This document shows positions 47,798-56,867 of a DNA stretch of 64,000 nucleotides, in pieces (within the stretch, counting starts at the first letter, position 1; every line of letters begins with the position of its first letter). The notes beneath the pieces were generated by a model. That model was given only the letters and a program-made list of their open reading frames with translations, did not search any database and was not told the DNA's origin. Position numbers and translations under genes: made by a program. The DNA is from Pseudomonadota bacterium (GTDB lineage Bacteria; Pseudomonadota; Gammaproteobacteria; Burkholderiales; Burkholderiaceae_C), in contig JAZJZJ010000110.1 of assembly GCA_040389925.1 (NCBI GenBank), positions 24,504 to 88,503 on the forward strand, given 5' to 3'.

Positions 47798-48601
47798 ATG
47801 CAACGCCCCCTGATGATGCGGATGACACCTGTGGGCCTGAGGACGCGGCTGTTCTACCACCTCTATCGGCACCGGCGCGAACGGTTCGCAGGTCTGTTCC
47901 AAGCGGCGCGTCTGCACTACGCGCCGCAGGTTTCGATGCGACTCATGCCGACGGACGAAGGGCATGGCTGCATCGCCTTGACGGGCGTCTACGAGTTGGA
48001 CGTGACGCGGCGGCTCGTCGCGGCGGCCCGCGGCGGCGGAACCCTCGTCGATGTCGGAGCCAACTATGGGTACTACAGCTTGCTTTGGGCCGCGCAACGT
48101 CCCGCCAATCGAGTCGTCGCGTTCGAAGCGTCCCCGAGAAACTTTGCGCACATCGAAGGGAACATCTCCCGCAACGGCCTTGGCAGCCGGATCGAACTTC
48201 ACCGGGTCGCAATCGGCCGCAACGCCGGCAGCCTGCAATTCGATGTCGGGCCACAGGACCAGAGCGGATGGGGCGGCTTGGCCACCTCCGCATCGTCCCG
48301 CTCGGTCGAGGTACAGGTCTTGCGGCTGGACGAGCTCTGGAGCACGCCAGACGACATCGACGTCCTGAAGATCGATGTTGAGGGAGCAGATACATGGGTG
48401 CTTCAGGGTGCGGAGCAACTGCTGAGGGCAAAGCGCATCAAGGCGATCTTCTACGAGCAGAACATTGGTCGAATGCGGGAGCTGAATATTGGCAGGTCGG
48501 AGGCAGGCGACTTTCTCCGGAAGATGTCGTATGCGGTCGAGCCGCTGACCAACCCGACCAAGGACCTCGTTGAGTACTGGGCCTACCCCGACAAAAGGTG
48601 A
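47798..48601 (+). CDS. FkbM-family methyltransferase
   Basis: VDVGANYGYYS, VAFEASP, and LKIDVEGAD. Confidence 0.92.
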   Translation: MQRPLMMRMTPVGLRTRLFYHLYRHRRERFAGLFQAARLHYAPQVSMRLMPTDEGHGCIALTGVYELDVTRRLVAAARGGGTLVDVGANYGYYSLLWAAQRPANRVVAFEASPRNFAHIEGNISRNGLGSRIELHRVAIGRNAGSLQFDVGPQDQSGWGGLATSASSRSVEVQVLRLDELWSTPDDIDVLKIDVEGADTWVLQGAEQLLRAKRIKAIFYEQNIGRMRELNIGRSEAGDFLRKMSYAVEPLTNPTKDLVEYWAYPDKR

Positions 48602-48656
48602 ACGATTGACACGGCAATGGGCCGGAGTGGTTCTGCCGAACTGAACGATTCAACCC

Positions 48657-49880
48657 ATGAACCTCGTGCTCTTCACCCACCCCGACTTCCTCGGCTCGCA
48701 GAGTCAGCCCCGCTTTGCGCGCATGCTGCTTGAGGCGTACCGGGAACGCGGGCACCTTGCCGAGCTGCGCCAACCGGCGCCGTGGCTGCGTGTCAGGCTG
48801 GCGCGTGGTGCGCTCGCCAAGTGGGCGGGTTACGTCGACCAGTACCTCGTCTTTCCGCTGGCGCTGCGGCGGCGCTTGGCCGGCGACCCTGCCGACACGC
48901 TCTACGTGTTCTGCGACCAGGCCCTCGGCCCTTGGGTGCCGCGGGTGGCACACCGGCCGCACGTGGTGCACTGCCACGACCTGCTGGCGCTGCGGTCGGC
49001 ACTCGGCCTCGTGCCCGAGAACCCGACCTCGGCCACGGGGCGCCTCTACCAGCGCTACATCCGTGCCGGCTTTCGGCGTGCCAGGCATTTCATCTCGATC
49101 TCGGACCGTTCGCGCGACGACCTGCACCGCTACGGCGGGGTCGCCGCCGTCACCTCCGAGGTCGTCTACAACGGCCTGAACCACGCCTACAGGCCGCTCT
49201 CCGCAGACGAGGCCACCCTCGCGCTGAGACAAGCCGGCGTGCCAGCGCCCGAAGGCGCCTTCCTGCTCCATGTCGGCGGCGGGCAGTGGTACAAGAACAG
49301 CGCCGGCGTGGTGGCCCTGTATGACGCGCTGGCCCGCGGTCTGCAGGCCGCAGGCTGCGCGGTACCGGCGCTGTGGCTGGTGAGCCCTGAACCCGGCCCG
49401 GCCTTGCGCGAGCAGCTCGCTGCGCTGCCGGCGGCATGCCGGGTTCGCTTCCTTTCGGCGCTGCCTGCGCCGGCCCTGCAGGCGCTGTATTCCACCGCGC
49501 AGGCCCTGCTGTTCCCCAGCCTCGCCGAAGGCTTCGGCTGGCCCATCGCCGAAGGCCTGGCCTGCGGTTGCACCGTGGTCACTACCGGCGAGGCGCCGAT
49601 GACCGAAGTGGGTGGTGACCACGCCCACTACCTGCCACGCCGACGTGCTGACGAAGCGCTAATCGCCTGGGCCGAGAACGGCGCCGCGCTGCTGATGCGC
49701 CTGCTCGAACGCCCGGCCGAAGAGCGGCAGCTTGCTGCCGAGGCCGGGCGCCGCTGGGCCGAACGATTCGACGCCGCACGGGCCATTGACCGCTATCTCC
49801 AGATCTACGCGCAGGTGCTGGCGCATGAGCATGATGGCGCCGCGCGGCCAGCTTCACCCCCAAAGAGGGTCCGACAATGA
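48657..49880 (+). CDS. GT4 glycosyltransferase
   Basis: HCHDLLALRS, LHVGGGQWYKN, and FPSLAEGFGWPIAE. Confidence 0.9.
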   Translation: MNLVLFTHPDFLGSQSQPRFARMLLEAYRERGHLAELRQPAPWLRVRLARGALAKWAGYVDQYLVFPLALRRRLAGDPADTLYVFCDQALGPWVPRVAHRPHVVHCHDLLALRSALGLVPENPTSATGRLYQRYIRAGFRRARHFISISDRSRDDLHRYGGVAAVTSEVVYNGLNHAYRPLSADEATLALRQAGVPAPEGAFLLHVGGGQWYKNSAGVVALYDALARGLQAAGCAVPALWLVSPEPGPALREQLAALPAACRVRFLSALPAPALQALYSTAQALLFPSLAEGFGWPIAEGLACGCTVVTTGEAPMTEVGGDHAHYLPRRRADEALIAWAENGAALLMRLLERPAEERQLAAEAGRRWAERFDAARAIDRYLQIYAQVLAHEHDGAARPASPPKRVRQ

Positions 49881-51451
49881 GTCAAGAGCCAACCAACGAC
49901 GGCATGCCGCCGCCACTGCCCGGCATCTTGCCGAGCGCGTCCCGCCGCGCGGCGTTGCAGCAGTTGATCGCGGCGGTCGGCGCGGCCAGTGGGCTCAGCG
50001 CTTGCGGCGGCGGCTCCAGCGCAGAATCGCCCGCCCCTCCCGTACCGGCACCGCCGGCGCCCGCACCGGCATCTCCGGCACCGTCGCCTGCGCCGTCACC
50101 GCCAGCGCCAGCGCCCGCTCCGCTCGATGCTGTCGGGCGCCTGAAGAAGGCGATGAACTCGGGCGTGGCGCTCACGGTCAGCGATACCCCGATGACGGTG
50201 ACGCAGGGCGTCACGAACCGGGCCGAACCGTCACAGGGGCTCTCGGCCGTCATCCTGCCGACGCCCCTGGGACCCAGCGTGAACCCCAATCCGGACTCGC
50301 TGGCCAACCTGCCGCGACTGTGGGGCCGCCGGCGCGACATCTGGAGTCTCAGCGCGTCGGGTTACGCCGGCACGTCGATCGCCAACCAAGGGTGGGTCAG
50401 GGCCGTGAAAGTGGCCCACGTCGCGCAGATGCAGGCGACCACCGGCGTATGCGGATTGCACTTCATCTTCGACGGCCAGTCCTTCGACGTGTTTTTTGGT
50501 GGCAATGCGGTACAGGTCACGGTGGTGGCGGACGGCAAGTACATGGCACCGCGCCACATCACGAGCAACCTGTCGGGCGGCGTCGCGGGCGCGCCGTTCA
50601 CGGCCTACGACACCTACGTGCGTTTCGACTTCGGCAGCGCCGCGGTGCGCCATGTCTCGTTCTACGGCCGGGCGACCTTTGGCCCCTGCGCCATCGCCGT
50701 GGGCTCCGGCGACACCCTTCAGCCGTGGGATCGTTCCGACGAGCCTTCGATGTGCGTGATGGGCGATTCGTATGCGCAAGTGCGTTCGGCGAACTGGGGG
50801 GTCAGCGGCCTGTACTGGGAGGCCGCCTCGATGCTGGGCATTCCGCACCTGGACGCGAACGGCGTCGGCGGCACCGGCTATGCGCCCAACAACGCCAACC
50901 CGGACACCCGCAACCCGGTCAATGCCTTCGGCGCGCGGCTGGCCGACAGCGTGGCGGCGGTGCCCGATCTGTTCATCACGGCCGGTGGCATCAACGACAA
51001 CAACGGTGGTGCGGCCCTGCCGCTCTATGCCACCGACGCCGATGCGAAACTGGGATTCGACACGGCCGTGGCGAACTACTTCCGTGACCTGCGGGTCGCC
51101 CTCCCGGGGTCGGTGCTCGCGGCCATCGGCCCGTGGCAGCCCAACGTCGCCTTCTACCCCGCGGTGGCGCTGGCCAAGGCCGACACCATCCGGGCGAGCC
51201 TGCAGGCGGTGGCCGGGCCGTGGGTGTTCATCGACAACCTGCGCGGCGGCTGGGTCAACAGCAACGGCGCCAGCGCCCCCGCCACCGGTGCGGCCTGGCA
51301 GACCGGGACCGGGCGGCAGGGCACCCCCAGGGGCGACGGCAACGGCGACCTGTATCTCTCGCCAGACGGCACGCACCCCAACGAGGCGGGCACCACGTAT
51401 CTGGCCGAGCAACTGGCGGCGAATCTGCGCGCTGCCGTGCTGGCCCTGTAG
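49877..51451 (+). CDS. Tat-exported SGNH/GDSL hydrolase lipoprotein
   Basis: SRRAAL twin-Arg, lipobox LSAC-GGG, Pro/Ala linker, and SGNH blocks GDSY, GGTG, GIND, DGTHP. Confidence 0.85.
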   Translation: MSQEPTNDGMPPPLPGILPSASRRAALQQLIAAVGAASGLSACGGGSSAESPAPPVPAPPAPAPASPAPSPAPSPPAPAPAPLDAVGRLKKAMNSGVALTVSDTPMTVTQGVTNRAEPSQGLSAVILPTPLGPSVNPNPDSLANLPRLWGRRRDIWSLSASGYAGTSIANQGWVRAVKVAHVAQMQATTGVCGLHFIFDGQSFDVFFGGNAVQVTVVADGKYMAPRHITSNLSGGVAGAPFTAYDTYVRFDFGSAAVRHVSFYGRATFGPCAIAVGSGDTLQPWDRSDEPSMCVMGDSYAQVRSANWGVSGLYWEAASMLGIPHLDANGVGGTGYAPNNANPDTRNPVNAFGARLADSVAAVPDLFITAGGINDNNGGAALPLYATDADAKLGFDTAVANYFRDLRVALPGSVLAAIGPWQPNVAFYPAVALAKADTIRASLQAVAGPWVFIDNLRGGWVNSNGASAPATGAAWQTGTGRQGTPRGDGNGDLYLSPDGTHPNEAGTTYLAEQLAANLRAAVLAL

Positions 51452-51518
51452 GCCCTTGCAGCCACGCAGGCCCGATCGGCGCACCGTCGCCGAGCCTGAA
51501 ACACAACCTTTGCGCTTC

Positions 51519-53474
51519 ATGCCCAGCACCGTCTACAGCTTCGACGTCTTCGACACCGTGCTGACCCGCGTGTATGCGGTGCCGGACGACGTGCACCTGC
51601 ACGTGGCGGAGATCGCCACCGCGCGCGGCCTCACCCCCGCGCCGGGGCCGGTCGTGCACGCACGACGGCACGCCGAAACCCTGGCCTGGCGACGGGCAGG
51701 CCACAGTCGGGCGGTGCAGATCGAAACCGTCTACTGCATCGTCGGTGAACTGCTCGGCTGGCCGGATGCGCAGGGCACGCAGCTGATGCAGGCCGAGATC
51801 GAGCTGGAATTGTCCGGCGTGCGGCCAGTGCCCGACATGGCCGCCGAACTGCGCTCGCGCCGGCTCGAAGGTGCGCGCGTCTGCTTCGTCTCGGACATGC
51901 ACCTGCGGGGCACCCATGTGCGCCGCATGCTCGAAGCCTGCGGCCTGATGCAAGCGCATGACCGGTTGTTCGTTTCGTCGGATCACGGCATGTCCAAGCG
52001 CAGCGGCGGGCGCCTGTACCGGCATGCGGCGCGCGAGCTCGGCGTTCGCCCCTGGCAGCTGCGCCACTGCGGCGACGATTGGCGCGCCGATGTGCGCATG
52101 GCCCGGCTGCGCCTGGTGCCGGCAGCACACCGCCCGGCTGCGCGGCTGAACCGCTTCGAGCAGGGCGTGCTGGCAAAGCTGGCACCCGATGACTGGCGCG
52201 AGCGCAGTGCCGTCTCGGCATCGAAGTTCGTGCGCCTGGAGCCGCCGGCCGGCAACGAAAGCCGCGCGCGCTGGGACCTGCTGGGCTCGACCGTCGCGCC
52301 CTTCGTCACGGGCTATGCGCTGTGGTTGATCGAACAGGCTCGACTGGGCGGCATTCGGGCGCTGTTCTTCATGGCCCGCGACATGCAGATCGTCTGCGAA
52401 GTGGCTGCGGCACTGGTGCGCGCCAAGGGGCTGGCGCTCGAGTGCGTGTACATCCATGCCTCGCGCGCCGCGTGGCAGCCCGCTGCCTACACCGGCGACA
52501 CTGACTTCGACCTGTTCTGGCTGACCGACCAGCCCGACAGCAGCGACCCGCTGGAAGCGCTGGGCCGGCTGCTCGACGAATTCGCGATCGCGGCGCTGCA
52601 GGCCGCCGGTTTGCTTCGCCGCGAGCCCGCGGAAAGCCGGCGCCAGACCGTGGCGCGGTGGCTGAAAGAGCCCGCCGTGGCCGAGGCCGTGGCGCAAGAA
52701 GTTGCGCGCCGCCGTGGCTTGCTGGTGGGCTACCTGGGGCAGCGCGGCTACACGCCCGACGGCCGCTCCGCGCTGGTCGACGCCGGTTGGCGCGGCAGCT
52801 TGCAAAAGTGCCTGGCGCGTGCCTATGGCGCGAGCGGAATCCGCCCGGTGATTCCGGCGTTCTACATCGGCCTGCGGCACCGCGTGTCGCTGGAGGACGG
52901 CTGCAGCATGCACAGCTACCTGCCCGACGGCGAGGTCGAGCGACTGGGCTATTCGCTGGTGTCGCTGGTCGAAGGTTTTCTCACCGCGAACCATGGCACG
53001 ACGCTTGGCTACCACGCCACGCCCGAAGGCGGGCTCGATGCCACACTGGCGGGCAGCCCGCCAGCGGAGATCGCCTGCCAATGGGCCGAAGTGCGTGGGG
53101 CCTGTGTGGCCCACGCCGGCGAACTCGCCGGTCTGCCCGCCCTCAACGCCGATACACCACAGGTGAGCCGCGCGCTCGCCGAACCACTGCTGATGCTCTG
53201 TGGTGACCCCGCACCTCAAGAAGCCGCAGCACTGCGGAGCTGGCTGTTTGACGCGGGCCGCGCGACGCCGCTTCGTAAGCCCTTGGTGGCCCGTCTGTCG
53301 GCAACCGACTTCGCGAAGCTGTTGCTCGCCAGGCTGCGGCGGACCGCCGAGGCCGATGTGTACTTGTCGGGGCCCTGGCTGCGGGGTTCGCTGGCGTTGG
53401 CAAGTCCGCTGGCCCGCGGGCTGGCGCACTGGCTTCTATCCGCCGCCCGAGTCAAACAAAGCGGGGTGCGCTGA
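51519..53474 (+). CDS. HAD phosphatase plus PRTase-like dual-domain protein, probable ribofuranosyltransferase
   Basis: SFDVFDT, FVSDM, K and HCGD HAD motifs in the N-terminal third; FMARD and LVDAGWRGSLQ in the C-terminal part. Confidence 0.72.
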   Translation: MPSTVYSFDVFDTVLTRVYAVPDDVHLHVAEIATARGLTPAPGPVVHARRHAETLAWRRAGHSRAVQIETVYCIVGELLGWPDAQGTQLMQAEIELELSGVRPVPDMAAELRSRRLEGARVCFVSDMHLRGTHVRRMLEACGLMQAHDRLFVSSDHGMSKRSGGRLYRHAARELGVRPWQLRHCGDDWRADVRMARLRLVPAAHRPAARLNRFEQGVLAKLAPDDWRERSAVSASKFVRLEPPAGNESRARWDLLGSTVAPFVTGYALWLIEQARLGGIRALFFMARDMQIVCEVAAALVRAKGLALECVYIHASRAAWQPAAYTGDTDFDLFWLTDQPDSSDPLEALGRLLDEFAIAALQAAGLLRREPAESRRQTVARWLKEPAVAEAVAQEVARRRGLLVGYLGQRGYTPDGRSALVDAGWRGSLQKCLARAYGASGIRPVIPAFYIGLRHRVSLEDGCSMHSYLPDGEVERLGYSLVSLVEGFLTANHGTTLGYHATPEGGLDATLAGSPPAEIACQWAEVRGACVAHAGELAGLPALNADTPQVSRALAEPLLMLCGDPAPQEAAALRSWLFDAGRATPLRKPLVARLSATDFAKLLLARLRRTAEADVYLSGPWLRGSLALASPLARGLAHWLLSAARVKQSGVR

Positions 53475-53515
53475 AACGCAACCTGGCAGTCATGCGCCGC
53501 AGGGGTTGTGTGGCA

Positions 53516-54499
53516 TCACGCGTCAGTGCGCCGAAGCTCAGCGAGTATCGACGGACCGAGCGCTGCGGCCGGCGGCGTCGGCGCCAGGCGTGACAGCGCA
53601 AGCGCCCAGACATTGGCCGTGCGGCGAACGGCCGTCATGCCGGGGCCGACCCGGTGCAACGGCATCCGGCCGCCGGTGAGTGAACGCAATGCGCCGATGA
53701 AACCGGCACGTCGAAAGTGATACAGCTGTTCCGGGGCCAGGTGCTCGGCTGTCACGGACTGCAGATGCAACGGCGCCACTTCCTGCAGATGCGCGAACGC
53801 GGCTGGCCGCCAGCGCAACGGATGATGCGGCGGCGCGTTCATCGGGTCGTGAATGGCCGAGCCCACAAAGGCATCGTTGTTCGGCACGGACAGGAACAGC
53901 CGACCGCCCGGCCGCAACACTCGTGCGGCTTCACGGACCAGAGCGGCGGGCTGCGCAACGTGCTCCAGAACCTCAAAGAGCGTCAGGAAATCAGCGCTGC
54001 CGTCTGGCAGCGATTCAAGCGCGTCTTGGGTCACGTGCAGGCCTTGCAGGCGCGCGCGCCGAACGGCCTCCGGGTTGAACTCGAGTCCGCGCTTTTTCTG
54101 GCCAGGCACGCGACGCAGAAAGTGGCCGTCACCGCAGCCCACGTCTATGAGGTCCGGCTCTGCAGGAAGGCGCCGCACGGTCTCGTCGAATTCCCAGCGC
54201 GAGGGGGTGTAGTAGCCGGGCGTCCGCGCAAGCGATGCGTAGAACGCTGAGGAGCCGGTCACCATCGGCGAGAAGAAGTCCAGTCGACAAGCATTGCAAT
54301 GCCGCCATGACAACGACTGCAGACCGGTGGGGAATTCGTCGAGCACGCCGATGCCGAACTGCCGCCGGTACTCGCTGTCGATGTCGGCGACGCGAACACT
54401 CTCGACCTGCCGCGTGTCGATGGACACGCACAGCGGGCACGCTGCTTCCGCGACCGGGTTGCGGACTTCAGTCAGGTTCAGGCTGGGGACCGAAGACAT
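53516..54499 (-). CDS. Class I SAM-dependent methyltransferase with N-terminal Cys cluster
   Basis: CPLC..CNAC, IDVGCGDG, FEVLEH, PPHH. Start placed at ATG 54499. Confidence 0.85.
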   Translation of the reverse strand: MSSVPSLNLTEVRNPVAEAACPLCVSIDTRQVESVRVADIDSEYRRQFGIGVLDEFPTGLQSLSWRHCNACRLDFFSPMVTGSSAFYASLARTPGYYTPSRWEFDETVRRLPAEPDLIDVGCGDGHFLRRVPGQKKRGLEFNPEAVRRARLQGLHVTQDALESLPDGSADFLTLFEVLEHVAQPAALVREAARVLRPGGRLFLSVPNNDAFVGSAIHDPMNAPPHHPLRWRPAAFAHLQEVAPLHLQSVTAEHLAPEQLYHFRRAGFIGALRSLTGGRMPLHRVGPGMTAVRRTANVWALALSRLAPTPPAAALGPSILAELRRTDA

Positions 54500-54665
54500 G
54501 CTGGAAGGTCTGAAAAGGCGAAGGGTGTTTTCGGGGATACGTGCGCCTACATGGCCGCGAAGCTTCGTGCAGCCACGCGATCGGCCCACGTCCGGAAGAC
54601 GGCCCGCAAGACATGTGGCTCCGCAGCATAGGAGCACTGCATGACCGCGGCATGAAGCGCGCTGC

Positions 54666-56633
54666 CTACAACCCCAGCGCCGAGCCCGCCTTTCTAATCA
54701 GCAAGCGTGAGCCCGCTGCCGTGAGATGCGTTTGATCGAAGGCCGTTGCCTGAAGTTGACCGCGCTCCTGCAACGACACCAGGCAGCCCAGCGGATTGCA
54801 CAGCGCCTTCATGGGCGAGACGTAAGCAGCGCCGCGCGCCAGAGCCAGGCCTTCGACTCGGGGGTCGACCTCGGTCCCGTGGATGTCCAGGGCGGCGGCA
54901 TTGCGTTCGGGCAGGGCGTCCGAGGCGCCCCAGGCCCGCAGCAAGATGCGCGGCGGCGCAACGTGCCAGCGCGGCAAGGGCCCGACCACCACGATGTCCT
55001 GCACGCCACGCGCCCGCAGCCCGGCGATGGCCTGGCGCAGCACGTCGTCCGGCGACGGTTGCCCGGAGGCATCGCCGGCGGCACCCCAGTTCGCCGCCAA
55101 CACCACCTTGGAAGGACGCAGCGCGGCAATGCGGTCCAGCACGAAGGCGCTGACTTCCCGGCAGTGCGGGTTGTCGCGCACCGGCGCGTTCCAGCCGGGC
55201 GGACAGGCGGCGGCCGTGAACTGGGCGAGCCGGTAGCCGCGTGGCGACTGGGCCGCCTCGGCGCGCAAGCCCGGGTACAGCGCCGCAGCGTGCGAGTCGC
55301 CCCACAGCACCAGCAACGGTCGGGCCGGCGATTCGGCATCGACACAGTCTTCGGTGAATGCGGCCGGCCTCTGCTCAGAACGCAGGAAACAACGCTCGAC
55401 CCGATAGCTGGCGTAGTCGGCATGCACATCCACTTCGGCCACGGCGCGCAGCTCGGCGGGGTAGCGGCTCAACCGGCCGTCGGACGCGACCAGCCACGCG
55501 CCGGCACCTGCCACCAGCACCAGCGCGGCCGTGAGCAGGCGCGGCGCATGCCGGGCCAGCGTGCCGAAGCGAAACGGTTTTTCCACTGCGAAGTGGGTTG
55601 CCACAGCCAACCCAACGCTGCCGCACAGCAGCATCACCTGCTGTTGCCAGTCGAGCCGCACGTCCAGCAGCAGCGGCATGGTCAGCAGCGGCCAATGCCA
55701 GAGGTACAGCGGGTAGCTGATGCGGCCATAGAAGGTCAGCACCGGGTGCTGCAGCACGACCCGGTTGACCCAGGCTTCGTTGCCCGCGGCAATGAGCAGC
55801 AGCGTGGCCAGCGTGGGGAACAGCGCCCACCAGCCGGGAAAATGGTCGGTCTTGTCGATGAACCACAGCGCCGAGGCCAGCAGAACCACGCCGGCGGTGG
55901 CAAGCAGGTCCGGCAGATGGCGCTGCCACCACGCGGCCTGCGGCCACAGCCGCCGGCCAGCGTCCACCACGCCGCCGCCGGGGCCGCGCTGCAAGTAGGC
56001 CAGCAGCACACCCACCAGCAGCTCCCAGAAGCGCGTGACCGGCAGGTAGAACACGCCCTTGGGTTTGCTGTCGACAAAGGCCACATTCAGCGCGAACGAG
56101 GCCAGTGCCGCCGCCAGCACCCAACCCGCACCATTGCGCCATGTCTTGAACAGCAGTGGCAAGGCCAGTGGCCACAACAGGTAAAACTGCTCTTCGATCC
56201 CCAGCGACCACAGATGCAGCAGCAGCTTGCGCCCCGAGGCCACGTCGAAGTAACCGCCCTCGCGCCAGAGCAGCAGGTTGGAGACGAAAGCGGCGCCGCC
56301 GGCCACGTGCTCGCCGATGGCCCTGGCGTCGCTGGGGACCGCCCAGAACGCCGCGAAACCCAGGCAGGCCAGCAGCACCACCAGAAGCGACGGCAGAAGC
56401 CGGCGCAAGCGAGCCGCATAAAAGCCCGCGATGCTGAAGCTGCCGGCCTCCAGCTCGCGCAGCGTGATCGACGAAATCAGGTACCCCGACAGCACGAAGA
56501 ACACGTCGACGCCGATGAAGCCGCCGCGCAGCGCATCGGGCACGCTGTGCACCGCGAACACCGACAGCACGGCAATGCCGCGCAGCCCTTCGATGTCGGC
56601 CCGGTATCCGGCCGGCACGGTGGAGGTCCGCAT
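54666..56633 (-). CDS. OafA/YrhL-type O-acyltransferase (AT3 plus SGNH)
   Basis: YRADIEGLRG, GVDVFFVLSGYL, HLWSLGIEEQFY, SYPLYLWHWP; SGNH part WGDSHA..DQTH. Confidence 0.93.
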   Translation of the reverse strand: MRTSTVPAGYRADIEGLRGIAVLSVFAVHSVPDALRGGFIGVDVFFVLSGYLISSITLRELEAGSFSIAGFYAARLRRLLPSLLVVLLACLGFAAFWAVPSDARAIGEHVAGGAAFVSNLLLWREGGYFDVASGRKLLLHLWSLGIEEQFYLLWPLALPLLFKTWRNGAGWVLAAALASFALNVAFVDSKPKGVFYLPVTRFWELLVGVLLAYLQRGPGGGVVDAGRRLWPQAAWWQRHLPDLLATAGVVLLASALWFIDKTDHFPGWWALFPTLATLLLIAAGNEAWVNRVVLQHPVLTFYGRISYPLYLWHWPLLTMPLLLDVRLDWQQQVMLLCGSVGLAVATHFAVEKPFRFGTLARHAPRLLTAALVLVAGAGAWLVASDGRLSRYPAELRAVAEVDVHADYASYRVERCFLRSEQRPAAFTEDCVDAESPARPLLVLWGDSHAAALYPGLRAEAAQSPRGYRLAQFTAAACPPGWNAPVRDNPHCREVSAFVLDRIAALRPSKVVLAANWGAAGDASGQPSPDDVLRQAIAGLRARGVQDIVVVGPLPRWHVAPPRILLRAWGASDALPERNAAALDIHGTEVDPRVEGLALARGAAYVSPMKALCNPLGCLVSLQERGQLQATAFDQTHLTAAGSRLLIRKAGSALGL

Positions 56634-56700
56634 GTTCAAGCTGCGCTGCATGCAGGGCCGGCCGCCCGGGCATGGCGCTGGCACTCACGCCTTGGGCGAA

Positions 56701-56725
56701 GTTCAATGGGCATCGGTTCAATGGG
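56701..56725. repeat. 10-bp direct repeat upstream of the AT3-SGNH gene
   Basis: GTTCAATGGG at 56701-56710 and 56716-56725. Confidence 0.55.
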
Positions 56726-56867
56726 GCCTGAGCGATTGAGGCGGGCAATTCCGCCATCGAACGAAGGCCGGGTTTGCGCCTGTCGACTGACGAAGCTGCG
56801 TGAAAGTCGCCGAGACTAACCCCGGCAGGTTTCACGACTGTGGCAATTCGCCGGCCGCCCGAAGCGG

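Noticed and set aside
50027-50122. CCG-rich repeats here and at 22188-22240 as DNA repeat arrays
   Set aside because: They encode Pro-rich protein linkers; there is no repeat-spacer structure.
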